Made by a program: the position numbers and the translations under genes. Under the pieces are notes generated by a model. The model worked only from the letters and a program-made list of their open reading frames with translations. It did no database searches and had not been told where the DNA came from. Below, one piece after another: positions 1-11,177 of a DNA stretch of 30,276 nucleotides. Position 1 is the first letter of the stretch, and the number at the start of each line of letters is the position of its first letter. Source of the DNA: Pseudomonadota bacterium (lineage in GTDB: Bacteria; Bdellovibrionota; JAFGOL01); contig JAPLFT010000027.1 in assembly GCA_026390535.1 (NCBI GenBank), positions 1 through 30,276 on the forward strand, read 5' to 3'.

Positions 1-1
1 A

Positions 2-466
2 GAATTATCTGTAATAGCTAAAAAAGCCGCGGACCTTTTGGCAAAAAGACCGCATTTTAAAAAAGAACTTGAGAACAAGCTCTTAAAAAAAGGTTATTCG
101 GAAGAATTAATAGAAAAAGTACTCGACGATTTTGAAAGGCGTGGTTATCTGGACGACAGAGACCACGCCCTTTTGTATATTGAGGAACTAAGGCGTAAAA
201 GATTTGGAAAATACGAGATAGTAAGACGCCTTGTGGCAAAGGGGCTGAAAGAATCAACAGCCAGGGAAATGACCTGGGCGATTTCCCTTGAAAAGGAGGA
301 GAGAGAGCATATAAGATACCTACTAAACAAGAGAAGATTCAACCTGAAAGACCCAAAAGGTATCAAAAAAGCTCTGGATTTTTTTATCAGAAGGGGATTT
401 ACTGGCGATATAATTAGGGAAGTATTCAAAAGTTCCGGCTCGGGAGGTTTGGAGGGTGAAGATTGA
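2..466 (+). CDS. recX: Regulatory protein RecX, 5'-truncated by the window edge
   Basis: Frame is open from position 2 (ELSVIAKKAADLLAKRPHFKKEL). RecX-like motifs LLxxRxxxxxEL..KL..KG, GYLDD, FG..EI..RL..KG and terminal RRGF. Directly upstream of alaS, as in the common recA-recX-alaS order. Confidence 0.85.
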   Translation, partial: ELSVIAKKAADLLAKRPHFKKELENKLLKKGYSEELIEKVLDDFERRGYLDDRDHALLYIEELRRKRFGKYEIVRRLVAKGLKESTAREMTWAISLEKEEREHIRYLLNKRRFNLKDPKGIKKALDFFIRRGFTGDIIREVFKSSGSGGLEGED

Positions 467-3107
467 TGAAGTGCGTAAGGTCTTTCTTAAATATTTTGAA
501 AAAAACGGCCACACTATAGTTCCAAGCTCAGGCTTAATACCAAGAAAGGATCCTACACTACTGTTTACTAACGCCGGGATGAACCAGTTTAAGGATGTGT
601 TCATTGGCGAGGATGTAAGAAATTACAAACGTGCGGTGTCCTGTCAAAAATGTCTAAGGGCCGGCGGAAAACACAACGATCTTGAGAATGTGGGTTTTAC
701 ATATAGGCATCATACCTTTTTTGAGATGCTGGGTAATTTTTCCTTTGGAGACTATTTTAAAAAGGACGCAATACGTTTTTCATGGGAACTGCTTACAAAA
801 GAATACAAGATCCCCGTTGATAGGTTATATGTGAGCGTTTTTAAAGAAGATGATGAAGCTTATGATATCTGGTTAAAAGATATTGGAATTCCAAAGGAAA
901 AAATATTCCGGATGGGAGAAAAAGATAATTTCTGGTCCATGGGCGATACCGGCCCGTGCGGACCTTGTTCAGAAATATTTTATGATCATGGTACGGGACA
1001 CGGCTGTAAAAAACCTAAATGCACCATAGGCTGTGATTGCGACAGATTCGTTGAAATATGGAATCTGGTCTTTATGCAATTTAACAGGGATGAAAAGGGA
1101 AAACTTACAAAGCTCCCAAAGCCGAGCATAGATACCGGTGCCGGACTTGAACGCCTTTCTGCTGTTATGCAGGGAGTAGCCAGTAACTACGATATAGATC
1201 TGTTCAAGGAGTTGAAAAAAGAAATAGAAAAAGAGGCGAGTATTCCTCTTACAAATAAAAAAGTTGAAAGCTCATACAATGTAATAGCCGATCATCTTAG
1301 GAGCATTGCTTTTCTTATCAGCGATGGATGTCTCCCTTCCAACGAGGGTGCCGGATATGTCCTGAGGAGAATAATAAGACGTGCCATACGCCACGGAAAG
1401 ATCATAGGCTTTGAATCTCCATTCCTTTATAAAAAGATAGGCAAGGTCGCTGATATTATGGGTGATGCATACCCCGAACTTATTAAGACCAGAAAAGAGA
1501 TAGAAAAGGTTGTAAAGATAGAAGAAGAAAAGTTCTTTGAAACCCTTGATAAGGGGCTTTTGATACTGGAAAAAGAGATCTCTTTGGTCGGTTCCGGAAA
1601 AACACTTAATGGAGATATCGCTTTTAAACTCTATGATACTTATGGTTTCCCTCTTGATCTGACGGAAATGCTTTGTAAAGAAAGAGGTGTCACCGTAGAT
1701 AGAGACGGATTTAATAAAGAAATGGAGAGGCAAAAAGATATGGCTAGAAAAGGTTCGTCTTTTTCATCCAAAAAAGAAATGAGTTTTGATCAGGATCTTT
1801 TGAGTAAGGAGATTAAAGCAAAAAACATAAAGCCGACGGAATTTACGGGTTATGATTCAACGTCATCCAAGGCAAAATGTTTATACATAATTAAAAACAA
1901 TGAATTTGTTCCTAACATATCTTCCGGGGACAATGCGATATTAATATTTAATAAAACTCCATTCTATGCGGAATCCGGTGGTCAGTCATGCGATGCCGGT
2001 TTGATCAAATCCGGTTCTACATCTGTGGGCCAGGTTACCGGAGTAATAAAACCACTGAACGGCGTATATCTCCATATGATAAAGGCCAATTCAAAAATAG
2101 ATGCCGGGAAAGAATATGATCTTGAGATCGATTCCAGACGAAGAAATCTGATAAAGAGAAATCATACGGCCACACATATACTTCATTATCTCTTGAGGAA
2201 ACATCTAGGGTCTCATATAAAACAATCAGGCTCCAGTGTAGATTCAGACATGTTTAGCTTTGATTTTAACCACTATGAAGCAATTCCTCATGATGTGATA
2301 TGCAAAATAGAAACTGAATTTAATGAACTCATCCTTGCTTCTGATGATGTAATTACAGAGATTATGAATTACAAAGATGCTGTAAAAAGCGGAGCAATTG
2401 CTCTCTTTGATGAAAAGTATGATGAAAAAGTAAGAGTAGTCCATGTAGGAAATTATAGTACGGAACTTTGTGGTGGTACCCATGTTAAGAATACATCTGA
2501 GATAGGAGTGTTTATAATAGAGAGTGAATTTAGTATTGGTTCAGGATTTAGAAGAATTGAAGCTACGACATCTATTGAAGCATACAAATCATTAGCAGGT
2601 GATTCAGGTCTCATTTTATCTCTAATAAATAAAACGAAATCAACAAGAGAAGAATTTGTGGATAAAATAATTAGAGAACTTGATGAAAATAAGACTCTGA
2701 GAAAAGAAATTGAAAAAATAAAATCGGGATCAGCCAAAAATATAATAGATGAACTGATAAAAAACGCAAAATCTATAAAAAGCGTAAAATTTATTTATGC
2801 ACAGCTTGGAGAACTTGGTGCAAAGGAATTAAGAGAAAGCGCAGAATACATAAAAAATCAATTAAATAACGTGGCAATGGTGATCTATGCCGATTCTGAA
2901 AATAAAATCTCAGTTGTAACCGCCGTATCAAAATCTTTAACTTCAAAAATTATGGCAAATGAGATCATGAAGATCATTTCAGCAGAAGCAGGGGCCAAAG
3001 GCGGCGGAACCGCTGATTTTGCTCAGGGTGGCGGCGGCGATATATCCAAGCTCAAGTCTTTAGAGAAGAAAATAGAAGCCCTGATAATTGACAAAACAGG
3101 AGAGTGA
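456..3107 (+). CDS. alaS: Alanine--tRNA ligase
   Basis: 883 aa. Motifs DPTLLFTNAGMNQFK, HHTFFEMLGNFSFGDYFK, GPCGPCSEI, EIWNLVFMQF, GYVLRRIIRRA; editing domain HTATH and ELCGGTHV; C-terminal GGG..DFAQGGG. Confidence 0.99.
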   Translation: MKIDEVRKVFLKYFEKNGHTIVPSSGLIPRKDPTLLFTNAGMNQFKDVFIGEDVRNYKRAVSCQKCLRAGGKHNDLENVGFTYRHHTFFEMLGNFSFGDYFKKDAIRFSWELLTKEYKIPVDRLYVSVFKEDDEAYDIWLKDIGIPKEKIFRMGEKDNFWSMGDTGPCGPCSEIFYDHGTGHGCKKPKCTIGCDCDRFVEIWNLVFMQFNRDEKGKLTKLPKPSIDTGAGLERLSAVMQGVASNYDIDLFKELKKEIEKEASIPLTNKKVESSYNVIADHLRSIAFLISDGCLPSNEGAGYVLRRIIRRAIRHGKIIGFESPFLYKKIGKVADIMGDAYPELIKTRKEIEKVVKIEEEKFFETLDKGLLILEKEISLVGSGKTLNGDIAFKLYDTYGFPLDLTEMLCKERGVTVDRDGFNKEMERQKDMARKGSSFSSKKEMSFDQDLLSKEIKAKNIKPTEFTGYDSTSSKAKCLYIIKNNEFVPNISSGDNAILIFNKTPFYAESGGQSCDAGLIKSGSTSVGQVTGVIKPLNGVYLHMIKANSKIDAGKEYDLEIDSRRRNLIKRNHTATHILHYLLRKHLGSHIKQSGSSVDSDMFSFDFNHYEAIPHDVICKIETEFNELILASDDVITEIMNYKDAVKSGAIALFDEKYDEKVRVVHVGNYSTELCGGTHVKNTSEIGVFIIESEFSIGSGFRRIEATTSIEAYKSLAGDSGLILSLINKTKSTREEFVDKIIRELDENKTLRKEIEKIKSGSAKNIIDELIKNAKSIKSVKFIYAQLGELGAKELRESAEYIKNQLNNVAMVIYADSENKISVVTAVSKSLTSKIMANEIMKIISAEAGAKGGGTADFAQGGGGDISKLKSLEKKIEALIIDKTGE

Positions 3108-3112
3108 TGTAA

Positions 3113-5529
3113 TTGAAGACTGTATTTTTAACGCTTAAATTCTTTTTGTTATCAATGGTTTTTATCTGTATTTTTTCCGCGTTGATAGGAATGGGAGTAT
3201 ATCTTCATTATTCAAGAAGCCTTCCGCATATTATACAGGTGACTGACTATAATCCAAAGGTTGTGGCGGAGGTCATTGATAAGAAAGGTACGACGGTAGG
3301 TGAATTCTACAGGGAAAAAAGAGAGATCATTCCGTACAATAAAATACCGGTAACTGTCATACAGGCGTTTATATCATCTGAGGACAGCAGGTTCTTTGAA
3401 CATAAGGGACTGGATTTTACGGGTATATTCAGAGCGATGGTGGCAAACTTTAAGAGCGGAAAATTCTCTCAAGGTGGCAGCACTATAACCCAGCAGGTTG
3501 CCAGAAGCTTGTTATTAACCTCGGAGAAAAAAATATCGAGAAAAATAAAAGAAGCAATTCTTGCAAGTAAAATAGAGGCTCACCTGAGCAAAGAAGAAAT
3601 TTTATTCCTGTATTTGAACCAGATATATCTTGGTCACAATGCTTATGGAGTACAGGCAGCCGCGCATCTTTACTTTAACAAGGATGTGAATCAACTGACC
3701 CTTGCGGAAGCCGCCCTTCTTGCCGGATTACCACAGGCTCCTTCAAAATGGTCTCCGTATACAAACTCAGATAAGGCAAAAGAAAGACAGATGTATGTTT
3801 TGTCAAGAATGGTCGAGGAAGGTTACATAACAAAGGATGCTGCAGAAAAATCGGCAAATGAAAGATTAAAACTTTATAAGAACATGGATATTAATCTGGA
3901 GAATGCTCCATACTTTACTGAATTTGTAAGACGTTATCTTTTTGCCCGTTACGGTGCGGATAAAGTTTTGGATGAAGGCTTTAAAGTATACACAACGCTT
4001 GATTCCAATCTTCAAAAAATAGCACAGGAATCTATTAAACAGGGACTTAAAAACCTGGATAAAAAACAGGGTTTCAGAGGACCTATAGCACACCTCTCCA
4101 ACGATGAAGCCATAAAAAAAGAGATGTTGAACATACACAAAGAAATTATAGATTCTGTAAGAGAATATATTTACTTTCCGGAGCAATGGCAGGAATTCAA
4201 GATAAAAACGAAAATGTTTACTGTTGAGACAAAAAAAGACAAATCAAAAGCAGAGATAAATGAACAGGCAACACCACTGGACAGAGGCAAGGATTATAAG
4301 GCGATCGTACTTGGTATAAATGAAAAAAATCAGGAAGTAAAAATAACTGTAGGTAATACACCGGGTGTAATAAAAAGAGATGGGTACTCTTGGGTTTATT
4401 CCGGAGGAAAACTTAATTCTGCCATACTAAGACGCGGGGATGTCATTTATGTATCTCTTGCACGTCCCGGGATCTTTGCAATAGAGCAGAAACCTCTTGT
4501 TGAGGCATCATTACTCTCCTTTAATATCGCGGATGGTTCCATAAACGCAATGGTCGGTGGATACGATTATGCGGCAAGTGAATTTAACAGGGCACGGTGG
4601 AGACGAAACGGCCGATGAAACATGGAAACCTTCAAACTATTCAGAGCAATTCTACGGCGATACAATACTCAGAGATGCCATAATATTTTCAAGAAACATT
4701 CCTACCACCAAAATACTTCAGGATATAAAACCTTCCTATGTTATTGAATACGCAAAACGTATGGGAATAAAATCAAAAATGCCGGACGATCTATCCTTGG
4801 GGCTTGGTTCTACAGCGGTATCACTGTGGGAAATGATGAAGGCATTCGGGGTATTTGCAACTGGCGGCAAAAGGATCACTCCGTTCTTTATTTATAAAAT
4901 AGAGGACAGAAAAGGAAACATAGTCGAACAGTATGATCCTAATAAGCCGGTTGATGCCGTGCTTTCTTACAGCATAGATGAGCAGAAAGAGATAGACGAG
5001 AAACGTGAGCCAAAAGAAGAAAAACTTCCGGAAGCTCAAAATACTCAGCAGAATAACGGCGCAACCACGATTGCTACAACGGATGCAAACGGGAAACCCA
5101 TAGCGGAACTTCCGCCTCCCGGATATGTTATTCCTCCACAGACTGCATATATAATGAACTATCTATTAAAAGAAGCTGCAACCCGCGGGACCGGAGCAAA
5201 AGTAGGATCCGCACTTGGTATCCCTGTTGCCGGTAAGACCGGAACATCCAATAGCTATACCGACGCATGGTTCATAGGTTATACACCGAGTATTATTACC
5301 GGAGTCTGGGTAGGATTTGGCTGTTAAGAACTATAAGGTTTATGATTTTGATCAGCCTGATGGGATAAAATTCATGAAGATAGACGGCAAGACCGGAAAA
5401 GTTGCCTCCCGTTTTTCCCAAAAGATACTCAACATGCCGTTTAAGGACGGAACGGAACCAAAACAGGTAGAGGGAGAGGTAAAAGTAGAGGATGCTGACG
5501 AGACACAATTTTTTAGGGAGAATTATTAA
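3113..5529 (+). pseudogene. mrcA: Class A penicillin-binding protein 1A, split into three frames (3113-4618, 4557-5327, 5317-5529)
   Basis: N-terminal TM, transglycosylase motifs EDSRFFEHKG, GGSTITQQVAR, RKIKE and KEEILFLYLNQIY. Transpeptidase SxN (SRN) and KTG (AGKTGT) are present. Frame changes at ~4595 (after EFNRA) and ~5319 (after GVWVGF), with conserved segments missing at both. Confidence 0.9.
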
Positions 5530-5549
5530 CAGCCTTATATGTGCTGTTA
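5527..5549 (+). other. Short hairpin at the PBP1A stop, abutting the next Shine-Dalgarno
   Basis: TAACAGC (5527-5533) pairs with GCTGTTA (5543-5549); GGAGG follows immediately. No U-tract. Confidence 0.3.
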
Positions 5550-5564
5550 GGAGGTACTATCCCA

Positions 5565-6059
5565 ATGAAATACTTATTGCTAGTAGTCTTTATCTCCTTT
5601 CCCCTCTTTGCAGATGAAAATTATATCATAGTAGAGAATGGTTGCGGAAAAGTAAAATATATGAAAGTTGAGACCAAGGAAGTACCGTATCGCTATGTAA
5701 CGACTTTGGGGTCCAGATCATCAGAAGATTATAATAATAAAGAGCGATCAGCTGTTTTTGGGTGTGGAGCATTGGGATTAAGTGCAATGGCCAAAAATAA
5801 ACAAGACAAAAAACAAAGAAAAGACAAGCCAGTGCCCCCGGTGACTCATATGAATATTTTCACCATTGATAATAAAAGCGATAGAAATTTATATTGTGAA
5901 CTTGTTAACAGAGAAACAGATAATAAAATAATACCTATAGAAGAATGGAAAAAAGAGCCTAAACCCAAAAGGTTTGATGCCTCCGGCAGGGAATATGTAG
6001 ATAAAGGAATTGACGAGCAACGTCAGCAAAACTCCTGTTTACATACAAAAGGCGTGTGA
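5565..6059 (+). CDS. Hypothetical secreted protein
   Basis: GGAGG ~10 nt before ATG 5565, signal-peptide-like N-terminus MKYLLLVVFISFPLFA. No family recognised. Confidence 0.6.
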   Translation: MKYLLLVVFISFPLFADENYIIVENGCGKVKYMKVETKEVPYRYVTTLGSRSSEDYNNKERSAVFGCGALGLSAMAKNKQDKKQRKDKPVPPVTHMNIFTIDNKSDRNLYCELVNRETDNKIIPIEEWKKEPKPKRFDASGREYVDKGIDEQRQQNSCLHTKGV

Positions 6060-6066
6060 CTATAGT

Positions 6067-6088
6067 AATGGGGGCTTAATGCCCCTTT
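6067..6088 (+). terminator. Possible intrinsic terminator
   Basis: GGGGC-TTAAT-GCCCC stem-loop followed by a short TTT, just after the stop at 6059. Confidence 0.4.
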
Positions 6089-6094
6089 AATACC

Positions 6095-8896
6095 ATGGCT
6101 GATCTTATCATAAAAGGTGCTCGCGAGAATAATCTTAAGTCCATAGATGTGACTATCCCATCGGACATGACAACCGTTGTTGTAGGTCCAAGCGGATCAG
6201 GAAAATCATCTCTGGTTTTTGATACTATCTATGCGGAAGGCCAGCGCAGGTACATAGAATCCCTTTCATCATATGCCAGACAGTTCCTTGAGAGGATAGA
6301 TAAACCCGATGTTGAATCCATAGAGAATATCTCCCCTACCGTTGCGGTTGAACAGAGAAACAGGATAAAAGGTTCAAGAGGCACCGTTGCCACAATTACA
6401 GAGATATATGACTACCTTAAACTCTTATACTCAAAAATAGGAGTAACATACTGTCCCAACTGCAAGACAGAGGTCAGACGTTACACCGTTGAAGATGTTG
6501 TCAGTGAACTATTAAAAAGTTATCAGGATAAGAGGATATATATACTATTTAGGTTCAGTGGTTCTCCGCAGGATCTCATAATGTCCGGATTTGTAAGAGT
6601 GCTTGTGAACGGCGAGATGTTTGACCTTAGCGAAGGACAGATCGAGCTTCCCCCTGAATATTATGTTGTATATGACAGGTTCAAAGTTTCAGAGAGTGAG
6701 ATGAACAGGATATGGGAAGCGGTGGAGAGAGTTACTTTTCTTGGTAAAAAAGAATGCGTGATATATTCAGTCGATGATAACGAGTATAAAACTTTTATAT
6801 TTGATACTATATGCCCAACATGCAGGATAAAATTCGATGACCTGGATCCAAGATTATTCTCTTTCGACAGTCCTATAGGAGCGTGTCCCGAATGCAAGGG
6901 CTTTGGAAATATCCTGAGAGTTGATGAGAAAAAACTGGTCCCGGATCCCAATAAATCCCTGTTTGCCGGCGCGATTGAGATGTTCAATAAGCCGAGTCTT
7001 AGACATATTTTCTATTCAATGATAAATTTTATGAGAGACAAGAACGTTGACGTTAATAAACCTTTCAACAAACTTACGGCAAAAGAGAAACATTATTTAT
7101 ACTAAGGTGGAGGTAAGGGTAAAAATAAATTTTATGGTTTTAATAAAATATTTAAAGAACTCGAAAGGAAAAAATACAAGGTTTATATAAGAGTACTTCT
7201 GAATAAGTATAAAAGCGCTTACACGTGTGACATCTGTAAAGGCAGTAGGCTTGTCCCTCAGGCTTTATATGTAAGGGTCGGCGGCAAGAACATATCTGAA
7301 CTTAACCGGATGTGTATAAATGAGTTTTATAAGTGGCTTGGAGATCTTAAACTTACCGAATACGAGGCTGGTGTATCAAAAGAAATAATGAAACAGCTTT
7401 TCCAGAGAACGTCTTTTATCACAGAGATAGGTCTTGGATATCTGACCCTGAACAGACTGGCTAAAACTCTGTCCAATGGTGAGGCTCAAAGAATAAACCT
7501 TGCCAATCAGCTCGGATCTTCTCTTGTAGATACAATATATGTTTTGGATGAACCGACAATCGGTCTTCATCCGAGGGATGTAGGCAGGTTAACAGGTATA
7601 ATTAAAAAAATAAGGGACAACGGAAACATAGTTATAATTGTCGAACACGATTATGATGTAATAAAATCCTGCGACCATGTGATAGAACTTGGTCCTCAAA
7701 GTGGAATCAAAGGCGGACAGGTCGTTTTTAGCGGATCTATGCAAAAATTTCTTTCTGATGCAAAGACATTGACCTCTGAATATATAAGATCAAAACAAAA
7801 AATACATGAAGACGTAAAAAGAAGAGTAGGCTCAGCAACTCATTTTTTAACAATAAAAAATATTAAAGAAAATAATCTTAAAAATATTACACTAAAACTA
7901 CCGTTAAACAGATTTGTCTGTGTTACCGGAGTATCCGGCAGCGGTAAGAGTTCTCTTGTAACAAAGTCACTGTATCCGGTGTTAAAAAAATACTTTGATT
8001 TTAAATCTGAAGATCTATCGGAAAGTGAAGATCAGGGTGAACAACAAAATGGGCACCAGATAAATTACAGTAGTATGGATGGTATAGAAAATATTAAAAG
8101 TGTAATGCTTATAAATCAGGACGTCCTGGGCAGATCACAGCGCTCAACTCCGATAACGTTTATATCAGGATTTGATCATATAAGAGAACTCTTTGCGCAA
8201 ACCCCGCTTGCCAAGAGCAGGGGATATACCTCTTCTAATTTTTCATTCAATGTTAAACATGGTCAGTGTTCTGTTTGTGGTGGAGAAGGATATATAAGCG
8301 TAGATATGCAATTCATGGCGGATATATATATAAGATGCGAGGCGTGCAGCGGAACAAGGTATAAGAAAGAAATACTTGATGTAACCTATAAAGGGAAAAA
8401 TATTAATGAAGTTTTAGCTATGACCGTGGAGGAAGCTTACGATTTTTTCATATCCTCCCAACCATTGAGGGAAATGTTAAAGCTTTTGATAGACGTAGGC
8501 CTTGATTATCTCGTTATAGGTCAGCCTGCTTCAACACTTTCCGGGGGAGAGTCTCAGCGTCTTAAAATATGTAAAGAACTTTTGACCGAGAGTAACAAAA
8601 AAAGGAAATCTCATGTGTTATATATAATGGATGAACCTACGACCGGACTTCATCCCCAGGAAGTGGAAAAACTGCTTGTAGTGCTTCAAAAACTTGTGGA
8701 CGAGGGAAATTCTCTGGTAGTAATAGAGCATAACATGGACCTGGTTAAACATGCCGACTATATAATAGATCTTGGACCGGAAGCAGGAGATAATGGCGGT
8801 AAAATAATAGTAGAGGGAACGCCAAAAGAGATAACAGAAAGTAAAAGTTCTCATACCGGTAAAATATTGAAAGAACTTTTGACTTTTAATATATAA
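6095..8896 (+). pseudogene. uvrA: Excinuclease ABC subunit A, interrupted by one in-frame TAA at 7103-7105
   Basis: IKGARENNLK, Walker A GPSGSGKSS and GVSGSGKSS, EGQRRYIESLS, Zn motifs (CPNC, CPTC, CPEC, CDIC, CSVC, CEAC), LDEPTIGLHPRD, LSGGESQR, MDEPTTGLH. The two track ORFs are in the same frame, and 7106-7309 reads openly as UvrA (GGGKG...YKVYIRVLLNKY...TCDICKGSRL). Confidence 0.92.
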
Positions 8897-8913
8897 GTGT
8901 TTAAGGGGTAGCA

Positions 8914-10110
8914 ATGACGGAACTTCTGGCTCCTGCGGGAGATATGGAAAAACTGGAATGGGCAATAGCATATGGCGCAGATGCTGTATACTTTGGCATG
9001 AAAGATTTTTCTCTAAGAAGCTTTGCAGGAAATTTTGATATTGAAGAGGCAGATAAGGCGATAAAGCTGCTTCATCAGAAAGGTAAAAAGGGATATATTA
9101 CGTTGAATATCTATCCTTATTCCAATGAATATGACGAAATAATCAAGACAGCAAGAAATCTTGAAGACATTGAGACGGATGCTTTAATAGTTTCTGATCT
9201 TGGGCTCTTATCATTGTTAAAAAAGAACAAAATAAAGACTCCAATACACATAAGTACTCAGGCCAACACGATGAGTTATCAGACGGTGCTGGCATATAAG
9301 GAACTTGGAGCAAAAAGGGTAAACCTAGCCAGAGAACTCTCTTTTGAACAGATAAAAGAGATACAGAAGAACTTAAAGAGTGAAGTGGAGACTGAAGTCT
9401 TTATACATGGAGCTGTTTGTTTTTCATATTCCGGCAGGTGTGCAATAAGCGATTATATGACGGGCAGAAAGGCAAACAGGGGTGAATGTACTCATCCCTG
9501 CAGATGGAAATATGCTCTTGTGGAAGAGACCAGAGACGGTCAATATTATCCGATCTTTGAAGATAATAGGGGATCCTATTTTTTCAACAGCAAGGATCTT
9601 GCACTGTTTCCTTTTGTAAAAGAGCTTATGAATTCCGGAGTTAATTCTTTTAAAATAGAAGGCAGGATGAAGACTATTCATTATATAGCATCGGTAGTTT
9701 CTCTATACAGAAGAATAATGGATGGGGAGAACATTTCCGTTGATGAGGGATTTAGACTGCTTTCAAGGGTAAGTAACAGGGGATACTCCTACGGCTTTAT
9801 TAAAGGAGGCGTAAAACCCGAAGATTACAGTCAGGAGGAAAACAATACTCATTCAACATCTACTTTTGTAGCTATTTATTCGGAAAACACCAAAGAGGGA
9901 ACAATATTAAAGATCAGGAACAGAATATTTGCGGGGGACAAACTTGAAGTTTTAACCCCAGGCGGAATAATAAAAGAAATACAAATGCCCACCCCGTTAA
10001 CAAGGAAAGATGGAACACGAATGGACGTAGTTCAGAATGGTGATGAAATAATAATCCAAGAAAAAATAATTCCATATTCTTTATTTAGAAGAGTTAAGGA
10101 GGAATTATGA
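8914..10110 (+). CDS. U32 family protein (TrhP/YegQ-like tRNA hydroxylation protein)
   Basis: ELLAPAG, GADAVYFG, HISTQAN, LAREL, EVFIHGAVCFSYSGRC, NRGECTHPCRW, FKIEGRMK. Confidence 0.9.
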   Translation: MTELLAPAGDMEKLEWAIAYGADAVYFGMKDFSLRSFAGNFDIEEADKAIKLLHQKGKKGYITLNIYPYSNEYDEIIKTARNLEDIETDALIVSDLGLLSLLKKNKIKTPIHISTQANTMSYQTVLAYKELGAKRVNLARELSFEQIKEIQKNLKSEVETEVFIHGAVCFSYSGRCAISDYMTGRKANRGECTHPCRWKYALVEETRDGQYYPIFEDNRGSYFFNSKDLALFPFVKELMNSGVNSFKIEGRMKTIHYIASVVSLYRRIMDGENISVDEGFRLLSRVSNRGYSYGFIKGGVKPEDYSQEENNTHSTSTFVAIYSENTKEGTILKIRNRIFAGDKLEVLTPGGIIKEIQMPTPLTRKDGTRMDVVQNGDEIIIQEKIIPYSLFRRVKEEL

Positions 10111-10466
10111 ATGTAGTAGTTCTTGGTGCTTCAAATAAAGAAGATAGATACTCAAATATAGCTGTAAGGCGTCTTAAAGAAAAAGGATATAATGTCATAC
10201 CTGTACACAAAATAATTAAAGAGGTTTATGGCATTCCTGTTCACCATAATCTTTCTGACATCAGGGAAACAATACATACGGTCACTGTTTACGTAAATAA
10301 AGAGGTGTCTGACAACATGTCTGCGGATATACTAGGTCTTAAACCTAAAAGAATAATATTTAATCCCGGCGCAGAAAATTATGATTTAAAGAAAAAAGCC
10401 GAGGCACAAGGTATTGAAGTCGTCTTTGCCTGTACGATAGTGATGGTAACAGCCGGTACGTTTTAA
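10107..10466 (+). CDS. CoA-binding domain protein (YccU-like)
   Basis: VVVLGASNKEDRYS, VIPV, IIFNPGAEN, ACTIVM. Overlaps the upstream stop (ATGA). Confidence 0.88.
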   Translation: MNVVVLGASNKEDRYSNIAVRRLKEKGYNVIPVHKIIKEVYGIPVHHNLSDIRETIHTVTVYVNKEVSDNMSADILGLKPKRIIFNPGAENYDLKKKAEAQGIEVVFACTIVMVTAGTF

Positions 10467-10480
10467 TAACAGGGTGTTCT

Positions 10481-11125
10481 ATGAAATGCACTTTGTGCAA
10501 TTCTGACGATGTAAAAAAACATTTTTCAAGAAACAAGGCGGATTACTTTATTTGTAATGTCTGCCGATTGATATTTATGGATCCTTCTAAACATCCTGCG
10601 CCTGAAGATTATGAAAACAGATATAAACTACACAACAATAATTTACTTGATATGGGGTATAGAAAATTTTTAATGGAACTTGCATTGCCTTGTTTTGATC
10701 TTGTAAATAAAAAATCTGAATGCCTTGACTACGGCTGTGGCTCTACAAAGGGTATGGAAATTATATTTAAGGGGAAAGGCTATAATATGGAGAGTTATGA
10801 TCCGTGTTTCTATCCTGAAATGAAAGAAAAAAAATATGATTTAATAACGTGTAATGAGGTAATAGAACATTTTTACAAACCTGTTTATGAGTTTAAAAAA
10901 CTTTTTGGATTTCTAAAAAATAAAGGATTCTTGGTTATTGGTACGAATAGATGGAATGCAAAAACGGATTTTAGTACATGGCACTATCTTACGGATTTTA
11001 CACATACCTCTATATACAACAAACAAACCATTAAATACCTTTCTGTTCTCTTCGATTTTAAAATAACTGGCTTTTATGGGAACAGGATTGCAGTGCTTGA
11101 AAAAGGGATAAAAGCTGGAGATTAA
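10481..11125 (+). CDS. Class I SAM-dependent methyltransferase with N-terminal Zn ribbon
   Basis: CTLC...CNVC, LDYGCG, YDPCF, YDLITCNEVIEH. Confidence 0.85.
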   Translation: MKCTLCNSDDVKKHFSRNKADYFICNVCRLIFMDPSKHPAPEDYENRYKLHNNNLLDMGYRKFLMELALPCFDLVNKKSECLDYGCGSTKGMEIIFKGKGYNMESYDPCFYPEMKEKKYDLITCNEVIEHFYKPVYEFKKLFGFLKNKGFLVIGTNRWNAKTDFSTWHYLTDFTHTSIYNKQTIKYLSVLFDFKITGFYGNRIAVLEKGIKAGD

Positions 11126-11177
11126 TACTGGATTTTTTGCTTTTCATTTGGTCGATAATGTATTAAATATATACTTG

